The notes under the pieces: generated by a model
The model's input: the letters and a program-made list of their open reading frames with translations, nothing else
The model's database searches: none
What the model was told of the DNA's origin: nothing
Translations under genes and position numbers: made by a program
Shown: piece after piece, positions 26,289-40,779 of the stretch
Position numbering within the stretch: the first letter of the stretch is position 1
How the letters are laid out: each line of letters starts with the position of its first letter
DNA from: Rhizodiscina lignyota
Taxonomy: Eukaryota
Assembly: GCA_010015805.1 (NCBI GenBank)
Contig: ML978133.1
Coordinates: 434,001 to 498,000 of the forward strand
Direction: 5' to 3'
DNA length: 64,000 bases

Positions 26289-26788
26289 ATTCGGAGCCTT
26301 AGTGACGTCGCAAATCGTAATGAGGTAGGTGCGCCACAGGCTGCCCAGTGAGACGAAGACAAAGAGGTATGCTGCAAGCCAGCCAGCAGCGCTACAAGTA
26401 AGTAAAGCGTCGCCAGATGCTGTCTGTCGGCCTCGAAGACGAAAGGAAGTTGCGTAGGTGGATGTTGGCGACTGGAGGCGGGAAAAGGTGAAGCACGGCG
26501 AAGTAAGGATTGCGGCGCGGCACGAGGGCGCTGACTGACTGGGCGCTGCGGAGAGCACTGTGCGAGCGATCGTCACCCTCTCCTACGAGCTGATCGACTG
26601 AGTAATTCTTACGCTTTCGCACACAGGCGACGAGCAAAATTGGGGATAGAATTTCTAATCTATTTTCAAGAGCTGAAAGGCGGTTCCGACTGCGCACTAA
26701 TGTATTTTCCGTCTCTCCTCAAGTTCAGCAAGCCACCGAAGGCGATCCCAAGGCCATTTCAGATATATGGCAAGCCAGATTCTTCTAC

Positions 26789-28622
26789 TTATTCTAGAAG
26801 CGCGACAATATCTGGCAGATCTGTCACATCCGTGGCTTCTCGCGTGTTCAGATCGACAACGCGCACGGCGTCCATGTGTAAAACACCTGGGGCAGCGGCA
26901 AGGAACTTCAGTTCAGTGGTGGAACAGGCTGACGCAGCCAAAGGCCTAATCGAGTAAAAGTCAATGCGGCGAAGGACATCTTATGTGGCTAGTGATCTTA
27001 CCCCAATCGTGCACTCGTACTAAGACATGTAAGCTCTGAAGGTTCGAAGAACCAACTAATAGGCATGTCATATGCGTCCTGGCCAGATGGGATATTCCGG
27101 GCATTTGGATACGTTCCATTCGCCTTGTTGATGGGAAAGACCGCTAGATTTTGGACCACATCCGATCGATTGACAATAAAGACTTCCCAGCGGAACGGCT
27201 TTCCAACGAAAACCCGTTCGGGACCAGTAATGGTCACTGTCACTCCAGTGGGTCCGGTAGGAGTCTCGGGCTTATCGAGATTGCCCTCGCCCGAGTACGG
27301 AAGAGTATCCGGTCCTGGAAGACGTGGCCGCTCTTGTCCATTAGCAATTCCGTCACCAGATTTCGCCTGAGACGGCTTCTGGTCAAATGAGAAGTCCGCT
27401 GTTGTGCTCCAATTGATGTTCACATAGGGCGTGCAATCGTCAGATATCCTCGCAATAGCCTTGATAGAGATGTTCAGCTGGTCGGTCAGTCCAGTAGTCG
27501 AAACACCATATCCACGATTTTGCGAAGAGTGCAGCTTGAAGAGGATGGTGAATTGGTCGCCAGGTCTGCAACATATTGGCAAATTTGGTCCCAATTGCTG
27601 CACTTTGCCGCGCATGAGATGAAGGTCAACCTTTTCGATCGATATGCTGCACGGCCAGAATGGTGTCACTTCGAGCTCGAGCGAGGCAAAGATCGAATTT
27701 GTCTTTGGAGGTGCAGTCGTCTTAGAAAACCTTATCCTCCAGAACAACGCAGGACCAGCCCGAAATAGCCTCCGCGGAGCAGCTCGAAGATTTTGTGCTC
27801 GTTCTCGAGTTACAGGTGCTGCTGGTGCAACCTTGGTGATTCTCGATGATGACAAGTATGGCTGTTTGCCTGCAAACCGGGGATCGAAATCAAACGGTTG
27901 TAGCAAGTTTATCGGCTGTGGAACAAGGCTGGGAAGATACTGTTCGGTTCCATCCTCTTCCTGAACCTTAGCTGCTGCATTGAGAGACACAGACGGAGAC
28001 AGATACACTGATAATTTGTGCAACTTGACCCTTGGCCGGTCTACGAAAGTTAGAGAAATTCCATTTCCTCACAAAAGCAAGACGTACTCAACGGGAGTTC
28101 GACATTCCATATGACAAACAAGACTGGCTCTCCATCATTGCCATCTTGCGTTCGTGCTTTGCTCGCGACTACTACCGGCTCGTTGGTGCGGTCCACTGTA
28201 AGTTCAGACAGAAGCTCTTTCACAGGGGCAGGACGAGGATCATTAGGCTTCGGTGCTGGGCCAATGCCTGTGGCATAGAGTTCCAGTGCTATCGATAGCC
28301 TCGATAGATATGCTTGAATAGCCTCCTCTTCTACATATGGGGTCTTGAGCACAAGCAGTGCGCTGAGCGATTCGTCTGCGAGCTGTCAGCATTCGTGGCT
28401 TTGATTTGGATCCCTTTGGATGATATTACCGAGAAGTAAAAAGTCGCGTTGCTTCACCCATGCAAGTAATGACGGATTGCCCTCATCGTGGTCCTGATCT
28501 TCCTGCTCGAAGAGTTCTTGAATGGACAGATTCGCACTTGCTGGTACTATGGCTTCCACGACAGAACCTTCCACGAAATCCGTATCGTCGGTGGCAGTCT
28601 CATCCTGGGTCGGGATACTCAT
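26789..28622 (-). CDS. TRS65: TRAPPII trafficking subunit Trs65
   Basis: Multi-exon. The C-terminal region WEVFIVNRS...LTCLSTSARLG-PLAASACSTTELKFLA...DLPDIVA resembles the fungal Trs65 domain. Confidence 0.75.
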
Positions 28623-28969
28623 TCTGCCCTGATGATACCAGTAGCATCAGCGTTTCCATGCCTAAGTAACCATTGTGTCCATGAGAAAGTTTTCAGGCCA
28701 TTTTATTCAAGTCAAAATACCTTGTCATGAACCACCGCGACGAACCCAAGCGATACCGCAAGTGGGATGGCGGTAGAGCACGGGCCAACAGAAGCGCCTC
28801 GCGTCGGCAAAACAGCGCAGCGCGGAACTACTTCGTCTTTCGCTCTCGAAACCAAAACACTTTCGCTTCACCTTCAACTCTACCTCAACAACCAACTCCT
28901 CCTGACCAACCACGCACGTACCCCCTCTATTCTCGCCATCGTTCGCCCAATCGGGCAGGTACAGCAAAC

Positions 28970-31308
28970 ATGAACGGAGCTTCGCCTGGCCTCTGGCAGG
29001 AGGCGCGTGCCGAGGATGGAAGAGTTTACTACTGGAATACCAGCACGAAAGAAGTATCCTGGGCCAAGCCAGAGGGCATGCAGAATGTGCAGGAGCATGG
29101 CCAAGCACCCCAACCTTGGACCGAGTACACCCATCACGACGGCCGCAAGTACTGGCACAACAAGGAGACTGGACAGAGTGTGTGGGATATGCCAAAAGAG
29201 TACAAAGATATGCTGGAACAGAACGCGCCGTCCAGGCCCTCTGCGCCGTGAGTTTATGGAATTAGCCTCGCTAATTCTTATTATACTGTTAAGCGGTTAC
29301 TACATTCTAATTGTTTTATAGAGCGTTTGTCGCCGGCGGCGGATCGACCTACTCTCAAGCCCTTTCCCGTACTCGAGATCGCGAAGAGCATTCACTTCCC
29401 GACCGCCCGACCAATGATCGGCAGATAGTCCCCTATCAAAGCGCTGCGGATGGATACCGGGGCCCTGCCTTCGTGCCTCAAGGCGAAGTGGAATACTCAT
29501 CTCGCGAGGAGGCTGAGGCTGCCTTTTTCAAATTTCTGAAGCGTGTTGGTGTCAAGATTGACTGGACGTGGGAGAAGGTCATGGATGAGGCAATCGGCGA
29601 GCCAGACTTCCGTGCGATCAAAGAGCCTAGGGAGCGGAAGCCAGCATTTGAGAAATATGTGGCTGAACTCCAGGCACAAGAGAGAGAAAGAGAGCGGGAG
29701 AGACAGGCTACGCTGCGCTCTGACTTCATGAGCATGCTGAAGAGGAATCCCGAAGTCGGCTACTACTCAAAATGGGAGAATGTGAGGCCAATGCTTGAGG
29801 CAGAGCTGGTCTTTAAATCCGCCAAGAACGAAGACGAGAGGATCGCTCTCTTCAATGAGTATCGCACCGACTTGTACAAAGCGCACGTACAACACGAGAG
29901 AACTGCACGCATCTCTGCACTTGATGAGCTAAGCTCTGTTCTGAATTCCCTCGACCTCAAGCCGTACACACAATGGGAAGAGGGACACAGCCTTATCCAG
30001 TCATCTAATCGGTTTACGACGGACAAGAAGTTTGAGACGCTTACGAGCATGGATATCCTAAAGGCGTTTGACACCCACAAACAGTTCCTCGAGCGCATAT
30101 TCAACGATGAGCGACAAAGGGACATGAGAACCAAGGCGAGGCGAGCACGGAAGGCACGCGATGGCTTCAAAGCGTTGCTCAATGAGCTCAAGTCCGAGAA
30201 GAAGCTCAAAGCCAGTTCCAAGTGGAAGGACATTTATCCGATGATTGCAAATGACCCTCGATACACTGCGATGCTTGAGCAGCATCAAGGCTCAACAGCC
30301 TCGGACCTGTTCTGGGACGCGATCGTGGATGAGAAGCAAGAGATGCGCCGCAAGCGCTGGATGGCTGAGGAGACTTTCCCTGTAAGTTTGACACACTTCT
30401 ATTTCAAAGGGAAGGCTTTTACTAAAACGCAGAAGGAAATCAAAAATATCCTGGATATGAGTTTCACCAAGTTTGTTGAGCTTTTGCGCTCTAATCCCCG
30501 CACCAAGAACTTCGATGAGGAGACACTGTCCGCTACCTTCGAAACTCTTCGTGAGAAAGCCAAGAAGGAGGAAAGTCGTCATGCTCATGTTAAAGAGCGG
30601 GATTTGATCGATGATCTTCGTTCGAAGCTTAAGTACATGGACCCGCCTATCAGGACCAGTGATACGTATGACCAAGTGCGGCCTCGCATCGAACATTTTG
30701 CGGAATTTCGAGCCCTTGATTCAGAGGATCTGCGCCGCTCCGCCTTTGACAAGGTCATTCGTCGCCTGAAAGATAAGGAAGAGGACAACGCGAGGGAGCA
30801 GAAGTCGCGCCGAGACCATCGTGACCGCGACGGTCGCAATGGACATTCCCGCCATCACAGGACCCGTTCTCCGGAACCTGACCCCTATGAAGCCGATCGC
30901 AAGAAGTCTGCGGCGGCCCGCGAACGCCAGTTCCGCAAGTCGAGCCTGAGGGAGGCCTCGCCTCGTCGAGACGATAGGGCTTCAAGCAAACATGGTGGTA
31001 GCTTCTATGAGCGAGAGCGCAAGGATAGGGAGGCAGAGAGGGAGCGTTCGTACATCAGTCGTGCGGACCCTCGCGACAACTCGAGCGTGCAGTTGGACTA
31101 TGGTGATAGCCGTCCGTCGAGCACCAGGAAGCGTCCAGAGAGCGAGGCTGGTAGTCCTGGAAGCCGTCGGGACAGCAAGAGGTTGCGTCGGGACAAGGAC
31201 TCTCGTGAACGTACGTTCTCCCCAAGAGGTCATAAAGCTAGAACACCAGAGCCAATGTCTGGAGTCGTCGATGGCGGCTCCGAAGACGGCGAACTTGAAG
31301 AAGTTTAG
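28970..31308 (+). CDS. PRP40: U1 snRNP-associated WW/FF domain protein Prp40
   Basis: Two WW domains (WQEARAEDGRVYYWN; WTEYTHHDGRKYWHN), FF repeats and an RS/RD-rich tail; introns about 29248-29321 and 30382-30432. Confidence 0.92.
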
Positions 31309-32027
31309 GTGATCGAGAAAAACTGGAGCTGGATAAGCTGCTTGCACAAGTGTGGTGGTTTTGATTGGCGGTTGCGGTATGTTGTTGCATGAGATTGCTT
31401 TTTGGGTTCAAGTTTTCGCTGATGCCAGCGCCATCAGATGATGATTTGCAAGCGATTCATGATGGGCATTGGCGGTATGTTTTTGCACAAGATTGCTTCA
31501 CACTTTTTTCTCTTCACTGATACGACCGGTGTCAGATGGTGGGCTTGCAAGCGATTCACAAAGGCGATGGTTGGCAGCGGTACGTTGCACAAAATTGTCT
31601 TTGCTTTCACACGATGCAGGCACCACCAACCTGGATTTTCCTACTCTACTGATTTCTGTACTTTACTGGATTGACCCCATATACTCTTTTCCCACTAAAA
31701 GCACTGGTATGTAGTGCGATTTGTTCACTAGTGTCCAAATCTGCACATTACATTTCATTAAAACCCATGTTCACCGCATTCTGGCGGCGGGCACCTAACT
31801 TGACCCACGCTCTGCAAAATAAGTGACTTTTGAGAGAGCAGGAGGTAGACCACCGCTCGGCGTTGTAGTCGTCTTCATCGTCATCATCAGTCGTGGTCTC
31901 ATCATCCGGGAGGCCGCCGGTGCCTTTCCTTACTCCTCCACGCCGGCATCCCTGGGATGCGCCGCTCTCAGTACCGCCTGAGGTGTCCGTGTCACGTGGA
32001 GGAGGATTGTTCTTTTCGAGGCCCTTT

Positions 32028-34050
<2,023 letters not shown>

Positions 34051-34427
34051 TTAAAAGTTTGCGTGCCTTTGGACAGCGCAAGCGGGCAGGGCTTGTGATA
34101 CCGCCAGAAATTATTAGAATGAGTCAAGCGACAATAGGCTGTAATGACTGGCCGTTGTGCCGGGCTGTGTCGTCAATACGCACGGAAACTTTGTATTGTT
34201 CAGTTAGTTCACTTGCTCGTGGTGCTGACACTGACTAGTACAAAGCCAGTTAGGCTGGCCGAGCTTGCCAGGTTCCGCGGCAGATCTTGGCGCTCGCTTT
34301 ACCTTTCAACCTTACGCCGTGGCCGGACCTCTCCAACCCTCTTCCAATCCACCAACGAACACCACCTCGCACTCCACGCTCACAAAAAACTCTACGAATC
34401 CAACCACCCTTTGAGGGTTTGTGAGCC

Positions 34428-37400
34428 ATGGCCTGTAAGTTAAATCTGTTTTATTGCATATTCACGCGCGCGTCGTCTCGAAAATCGGCCATATCTGCCG
34501 TCGATTACCGCCCTCGAAAGTCATCAACACCTCATCATATATTGCCGTCAAACTTGACGTACAGTGCCTCTGGGCGTTGAAATTGATGTGCTTTCGCTTG
34601 TTGACATTCACACGACACTGGTGGACTCGTCAAATTCCCCCAGCTCGGCTTGGGAGTTCCCACCGACACTTAAACACCTTCATCACCAGATCTTCAATAC
34701 CATCAAGAACAATAGCGGACCTTCTCTCTTGTCCATTTTAGGGCAATTCCTCTTCATTTTCGCGTCTTCGGGGTCGCCTGTGTCTGGTGTTTACAACGCA
34801 CTTGTGTTTCACGCGTCGCGACGTGTTGTCATTGAGATCGAAAGCTAACTGTCGCTCAACCAGCCGGGTCAATCCTCATGCCCTCATCCTCCGACTCCAA
34901 CCCCACCATGCCCCCCCAAAACGGCCATCTGTCTCCTTCTGAGCAGAATGGGTCGACTCCTAACGACGCCGCATCGTCAAGCGGTAGCGAACTCTCCGAA
35001 GTGCGAGATAACATCGATCTCGCCGTCCCTCCATCAAAGGCGGAGGGCGTGATTGAAGATGCGATGCAAGACATTCAAGTTGATATGTCTGATTATGTTG
35101 ATGAAGATGCGGAAGGTTCCGCGGATGGAGACTACGACCTTGAGACACCTCCTGGCGACCGTGCCAGCCTTGCGCCGGATCACTCGTCCTCCACCGACTC
35201 CACGCAGTCGAAGAAGCGAAAGGCTAGCATCGAAGCCAATGAGCTGATTCAGAAGAATCCGGAACTCTATGGATTAAGGCGAAGCGGCCGTGCAAGACAG
35301 AATCGTCAAGTGATCGACAGTTCCGATGAAGAGGATGGTGCCTCGCGTGACCATAACCCACGCTCTCGAAAGAAGCGACGCACTGGTCCGAAGGCATCGA
35401 ATCAGCCTACTTCAGCATCTCTTACCTCCGAGTCCGATGCCGCGTCTGATGTGTACGTTGGCGGCCGTCGCAACGCTCTCACGAGGAAGCAGCGCCTACA
35501 TCAGCTCCAGGTCGCCAATGGCCTTGCTCCACCATCCAAGGGTGAAGTTCGCTTCTCCTCGCGCACTGCCAACAAGATCACAAACTACAATGTAGACGAC
35601 GATGATGAGGATATGGAAGACGAGCTTGTTATCACACCCAACTACACCTGGGAAGACAATACTCCGGCCATTGACGTCGTTCTGGACCATCAGCTCAAGG
35701 AGGGCAAAGCACTGAATGATGCCGACCTCACCAAGCACGATTTCGAGTACAAGATCAAGTGGCAAGGCAAGGCGTACTACCACGCTACGATAGAGACCTT
35801 TGAGTCTATTGCGGAGAAGCAAGCTCGGGGCCTCAAGCGTCTCGACAATTATTTCGTCAAGCATGTCGAAACCCACATTCTCATGTCCACCAGCGAAGAC
35901 GTTCCCATGGAAGACAAGGAGCAGTATTTCATGGATCGTGAGAAACGATTGGATGCGAATGATGAGCATAACGAAATTGAGCGTATCATCGATATGCATA
36001 AGGGAGACGACGAGACTGAATACTTGGTCAAGTGGAAGGGCGTTGAGTACCAATACTGCACTTGGGAGCCTTCTTCCTTGATCGTCAATGAGAAGCTCAA
36101 TGCTCAGGACGAAATCGACCGATACCTTGACCGATCATCGAAGCTGCCTGTTTCCGACAAGTCCCAGTCGAACAAGAAGACGCGTCGGCCATATGTTCCT
36201 TTCAAGGAACAGCCAGACTATATCAAACATGGCCAGCTCCGTGAGTTTCAGATTAAGGGTGTCAATTTCCTTGCACATCAATGGTGCCATGGAGATAACG
36301 TTATCCTGGCTGACGAGATGGGTCTCGGAAAGACGGTACAATCTGTGGCATTTGTCAACTGGCTTCGACACGACCGCGGCCAGCACGGTCCTTTCCTCGT
36401 TGTGGTCCCACTGAGTACCATACCTGCGTGGGCCGACACTCTCAAGAACTGGACTCCGGATGTTAACTATGTGGTCTACCTTGGTCGAGCGCCGTCTCGT
36501 GAGATCATCCGTGACAAGGAAATCACTGCGGGCGGATTCTCGAAGAAAGTCAAGTGCAACGTCCTCATTACCTCGTACGAGTTTGTCCTCAGCGACGTCT
36601 CATTTCTGACGGCCCTCCCATGGCAATTCTTGGTGGTTGACGAAGCTCATCGTCTGAAGAACCCTGACTCTCAATTGTACAATAAGCTCATGGATTTCAA
36701 CATTCCTAACCGTCTCTTGATCACCGGAACCCCCCTGCAGAACAATCTGGCCGAGTTAGCTGCATTGATGAACTTTCTCTCCCCCGGCAAGTTCAAAATC
36801 GACGACAATATTGACCTGCAATCCGAGACGGCGAGCGAGAAGATCCGAGAGCTCACAGAAGCTATCCGCCCTTACATGTTACGTCGTACCAAGCAGAAGG
36901 TCGAGAAGGATTTACCACCAAAGACCGAGAGAATCATTCGTGTCGAATTGTCCGATGTCCAACTCGAATACTACAAGAACATTCTGACCCGCAATTATGC
37001 GGCCTTGAACCAAGGCGCTAAGGGACCGAAGCAATCATTGCTCAATGTCATGATGGAGCTGAAAAAGGCTAGCAACCATCCCTTCATGTTCCCAAATGCC
37101 GAGGACCGTATTCTTGGCGACAATCCGCGAAGGGAAGATACCTTGAAAGGCCTGATTACTAGCAGTGGCAAATTGATGCTGCTTGACCGCTTCCTGGTCA
37201 AGTTGAAGGCAGAAGGCCACCGAGTTCTGATATTCAGCCAAATGGTGAAGATGCTTGACATCCTCCAGGATTATTGTCGCCTTCGCGGTTACCAGTATCA
37301 GCGCATAGACGGCACGATTCCAGCTAGTACCCGACGAATCGCTATTGACCACTTCAATGCTCCCGACAGTGAAGACTTTTGCTTCCTGCTATCTACTCGT

Positions 37401-39689
37401 GCTGGTGGCCTTGGAATCAATCTAATGACAGCCGACACCGTAATTCTCTTCGACTCGGATTGGAATCCACAAGCGGACCTCCAAGCCATGGCTCGAGCTC
37501 ACCGAATCGGCCAGACAAAGCCTGTCACTGTCTATCGCCTTGTGTCGAAGGACACGGTCGAGGAAGAGATTCTAGAACGTGCTAGGAACAAGCTTATGCT
37601 TGAGTTTATCACAATCCAGCGTGGCGTCACTGATCAAGATGCGGATTCAAAGCTTTTTGCAGACAAAGACTTCTCCCAGAGAGTTGCACGTGCTAACAAG
37701 AAGTTGAGCGAGCCCTCTTCATCGGACGATATCTCCCGAATCCTTAAGAAGCGCGGTCAAAAGATGTTCGAGCAGACAGGCAATCAGAAGAAGCTGGAAG
37801 AACTTGATATCGATGCTGTCTTGGCCAATGCCGAGGAGCACAAGACTGAGCAACCCGAAGGCATCACCACGGATGGCGGAGAGGAATTCTTACGAAGCTT
37901 CGAATACACCGATGTCAAGCTTGACGTTGAATGGGACGACATTATCCCCAAGGACCAGCTCGAAGCGATCAAGGCCGAAGAGAAAAAGAAGGAAGAGGAG
38001 CGTTACCTGGCGGAAGTCATCGAGCAGAACCAGCCGCGCAAGAGGAAATCAGCTGCCATTGAAGAACGCGAACAGCGAGCGGCTAAGAAGCGTGCACGCG
38101 TGGCTGCTGCAGCAGACCTTGCAGAAGACGGCTCAGACGATGATTCCAGCCCAGATGAAGACCCGAAGCGCCCTCTGAACGAGAAGGAGTTGCGAAACTT
38201 GATTCGTGCCTACGAACGCTTTGGATCATTTGAAGAGAAGGCCGATGAGATAATCAACGATGCCAAGTTGTCGAGCCGCGACCGCGATCTTCTCAAGTCG
38301 ACCCTCGATGAGGTCATCAGCCACAGTCAGAAGCTCTTGAAAGTGGAGCAAGACAGGGTTGAGAAGTTAGAGAAAGAGACGAACAAGGCTCTCACAAAGA
38401 AGGACAGGAAAGCTGTTCTCTTCGACTTCAAAAACGTCAAGCGCATTAACGCTGAGACCATCATGGAGCGTCCGGCCGAGATGCGCATGCTTCGAAAGGT
38501 TATCGAAACCGCACCGGATTGGAAGAACTTCCGTATACCAGAAGCAGCAAAACCCACCCAGTATACCGCACCTTGGGGCGCACGTGAGGACGGCATGCTC
38601 TGCGTAGGTATCGCCCGTTACGGCTTTGGTGCATGGACACAGATCCGTGATGACCCTGAGCTTGGCTTGGGAGACAAGTTCTATCTCGAAGAGCATCGTG
38701 TGGAGAAGAAAGAGGAGCGCAAGACCGCGGATGATAAGAAGAACATCAAGTCACCTGGAGCTGTGCACCTTGTGCGTCGAGCGAACTATCTTCTTAGCGT
38801 ACTCAAGGACAAGACCAGCAACGGCACGAATATTACCGCCAGGCGCGCACTCGAGAATCATCATCGCAACAACAAGAAGTGGTCTAAGCACGGCATCCGT
38901 GGCGACGCGTCGTCGAGCATCTCCGCTAGCCCTGCGCCATCTGCGTTCTCGTCGAAGACCAAAGTTCGTGGTGAGTTAGAGCAGGCTCGACGCGCCATTA
39001 CCAACGCCACCGACCACCGTCAGCGCGAAGGCCGTCCAAGTGATCATCGTTCGGAGCACCGTTCCAGTGAATATCGTCACAGCTCAGAGCGTCGCGCACC
39101 CAGATCAGATCGTAGGGGCACGCCTGACATTCGTCGACAGCATAGCGGCGACAAGGATGGCAAGCTTCATCGGAGCAAGTCAGACAATCGTACACACGGT
39201 TATCATCGTCACGATAGCAATGGTTCCATCAAGAGAGTCGCATCGAATGGCTCCATCAAGAAGCCTACATCGAATATTGAGGACCATGTGCCAAAGATCT
39301 GCGCTCCAATCGAGAAGCATCTCAAGCGACTTTTGGCAGCTGCATCTGGCACCTTGAAGGAGGCAGATGAGAAGGGCAATCAAGCTCAGATCATCAAGAC
39401 CGAGCTCGTTATTGTAGGCGACTTCATTGAGGGCAAGTGCAAGGAGGGGGGCGCGAATCTGCAGAATCGATTCTGGTAAGTCATCACACTCGCATCCGAT
39501 TAGGTTGGACTAAACTAACACTGGCACAGGGGTTTCGTCGTTGATCACTATTGGCCCAAGAAGAATGTCTTACCCGACACACTTCGCTCAATGTACTTGA
39601 AGATCGTTGCTGCAAAGAAGCAGGAGGGCCATCCGGGCCAGAAGGCGCAAGACAAGGGTAGGCCGCAGGTTGCGGCGGCGCGTGCATAG
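34428..39689 (+). CDS. CHD1: Chromodomain helicase CHD1/Hrp3 chromatin remodeller
   Basis: Double chromodomain, ILADEMGLGKT, DEAH, LLSTRAGGLGINL, QAMARAHRIGQ and a SANT/SLIDE region; last intron 39476-39529. Probable 7-nt first exon at 34428-34434, otherwise the start is 34878. Confidence 0.96.
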
Positions 39690-40110
39690 ATGCCGATGCA
39701 TCTTGCACATCAAAACTTTCTTCGAACGACCAGGGTGGGCTGCAGTTGGCAGCGGCGAGTGCATGGATGCCGATGCGTCTTGTTGCACGTCAATACTTTC
39801 TTCTTTCTTTCTTTGTTTCTTTGAACAGCACAATTGCATACTAGGAACTGGGGACTGGCACCACATTAGGTGCTTCTGATTCTGCTAATGCATAGCCGGG
39901 GCGTGTCTTTACCTTGTTTAAAAGTTTGGGAGGAACTCTCTTTTGGGCCACGATGTTTTCCGGCTCAGGGTTTTCGGCATCGAAGTCGCACGAGCGTATT
40001 GTCAAGATACGCTTCGTCACATTGCGGGCATCTGCTTTTTCTGGATTTCTGCATGCATGTTCTGCTTTACTGCTTTCTTGCATATTCTGCATGTTCTGCT
40101 TTTTTGCATG

Positions 40111-40393
40111 TTCTGCCTCTTCTGCCTCTTCTGCCTCTTCTGCCTCTTCTGCCTCTTCTGCTTCTTCTGCCTCTTCTGCTTTTTCTGCTTTTTCTGCTTT
40201 TTCTGCCTCTACTGCTTTTCTGCTTCTTTTGCCTCTTCTGCCTCTTCTGCCTCTTGTGCTTCTTGTGCCTCTTCTGCTTTTTCTGCCTTTTCTGCCTTTT
40301 CTGCTTTCTCTGCCTTTTCTGCCTTTGCTGTCTTTTCTGCTTCTTCTGCTTCTTCTGCTTCTTCTGCTTCTTCTGCTTCTTCTGCTTCTTCTG
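40111..40393. repeat. 9-bp tandem repeat (TTCTGCYTY), about 31 copies
   Basis: Units ttctgcctc, ttctgcttc and ttctgcttt read directly from the sequence. Confidence 0.95.
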
Positions 40394-40779
40394 TTTTTTT
40401 GTGTTTGCTGCGTTCTGCGTTTGCTACGTCTTCCGCGTTTCAACATCTAGACTGTATTGAGAGTATAGCATGGGAAAGGGATTGTACCTCTGGCGTCTGC
40501 TATTTGTAACCTGTTGTTTGCTAACCGAAGCGGCCTACATACTGGCTGAGGCGGACTGTAATCACTGCTTGTTAGTTGAAGCAGCCTTCGGGTTGAGGCG
40601 ACTAGCAAGTAATGGTTACAGGCCGAGGCAGCTAGTATGTAGGCTGAAGCGGCTGGCACGTAATAGGTTGCAAATAGTAGATACTGAAGATGCATTTCCC
40701 TTTCCTATACTATGCTATCATGCAGTCTGGGTGTCGTGACTCGGAAACGTGGTAAACGTAGACGCAGTAAACGCCGAAA

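Noticed and set aside
40680..40770. Hammerhead-like pieces CTGAAGA ... GAAACGT-GGTAA-ACGTA
   Set aside because: Stem I cannot form and both pieces are buried in the long stem; no support for a ribozyme or viroid-like element.
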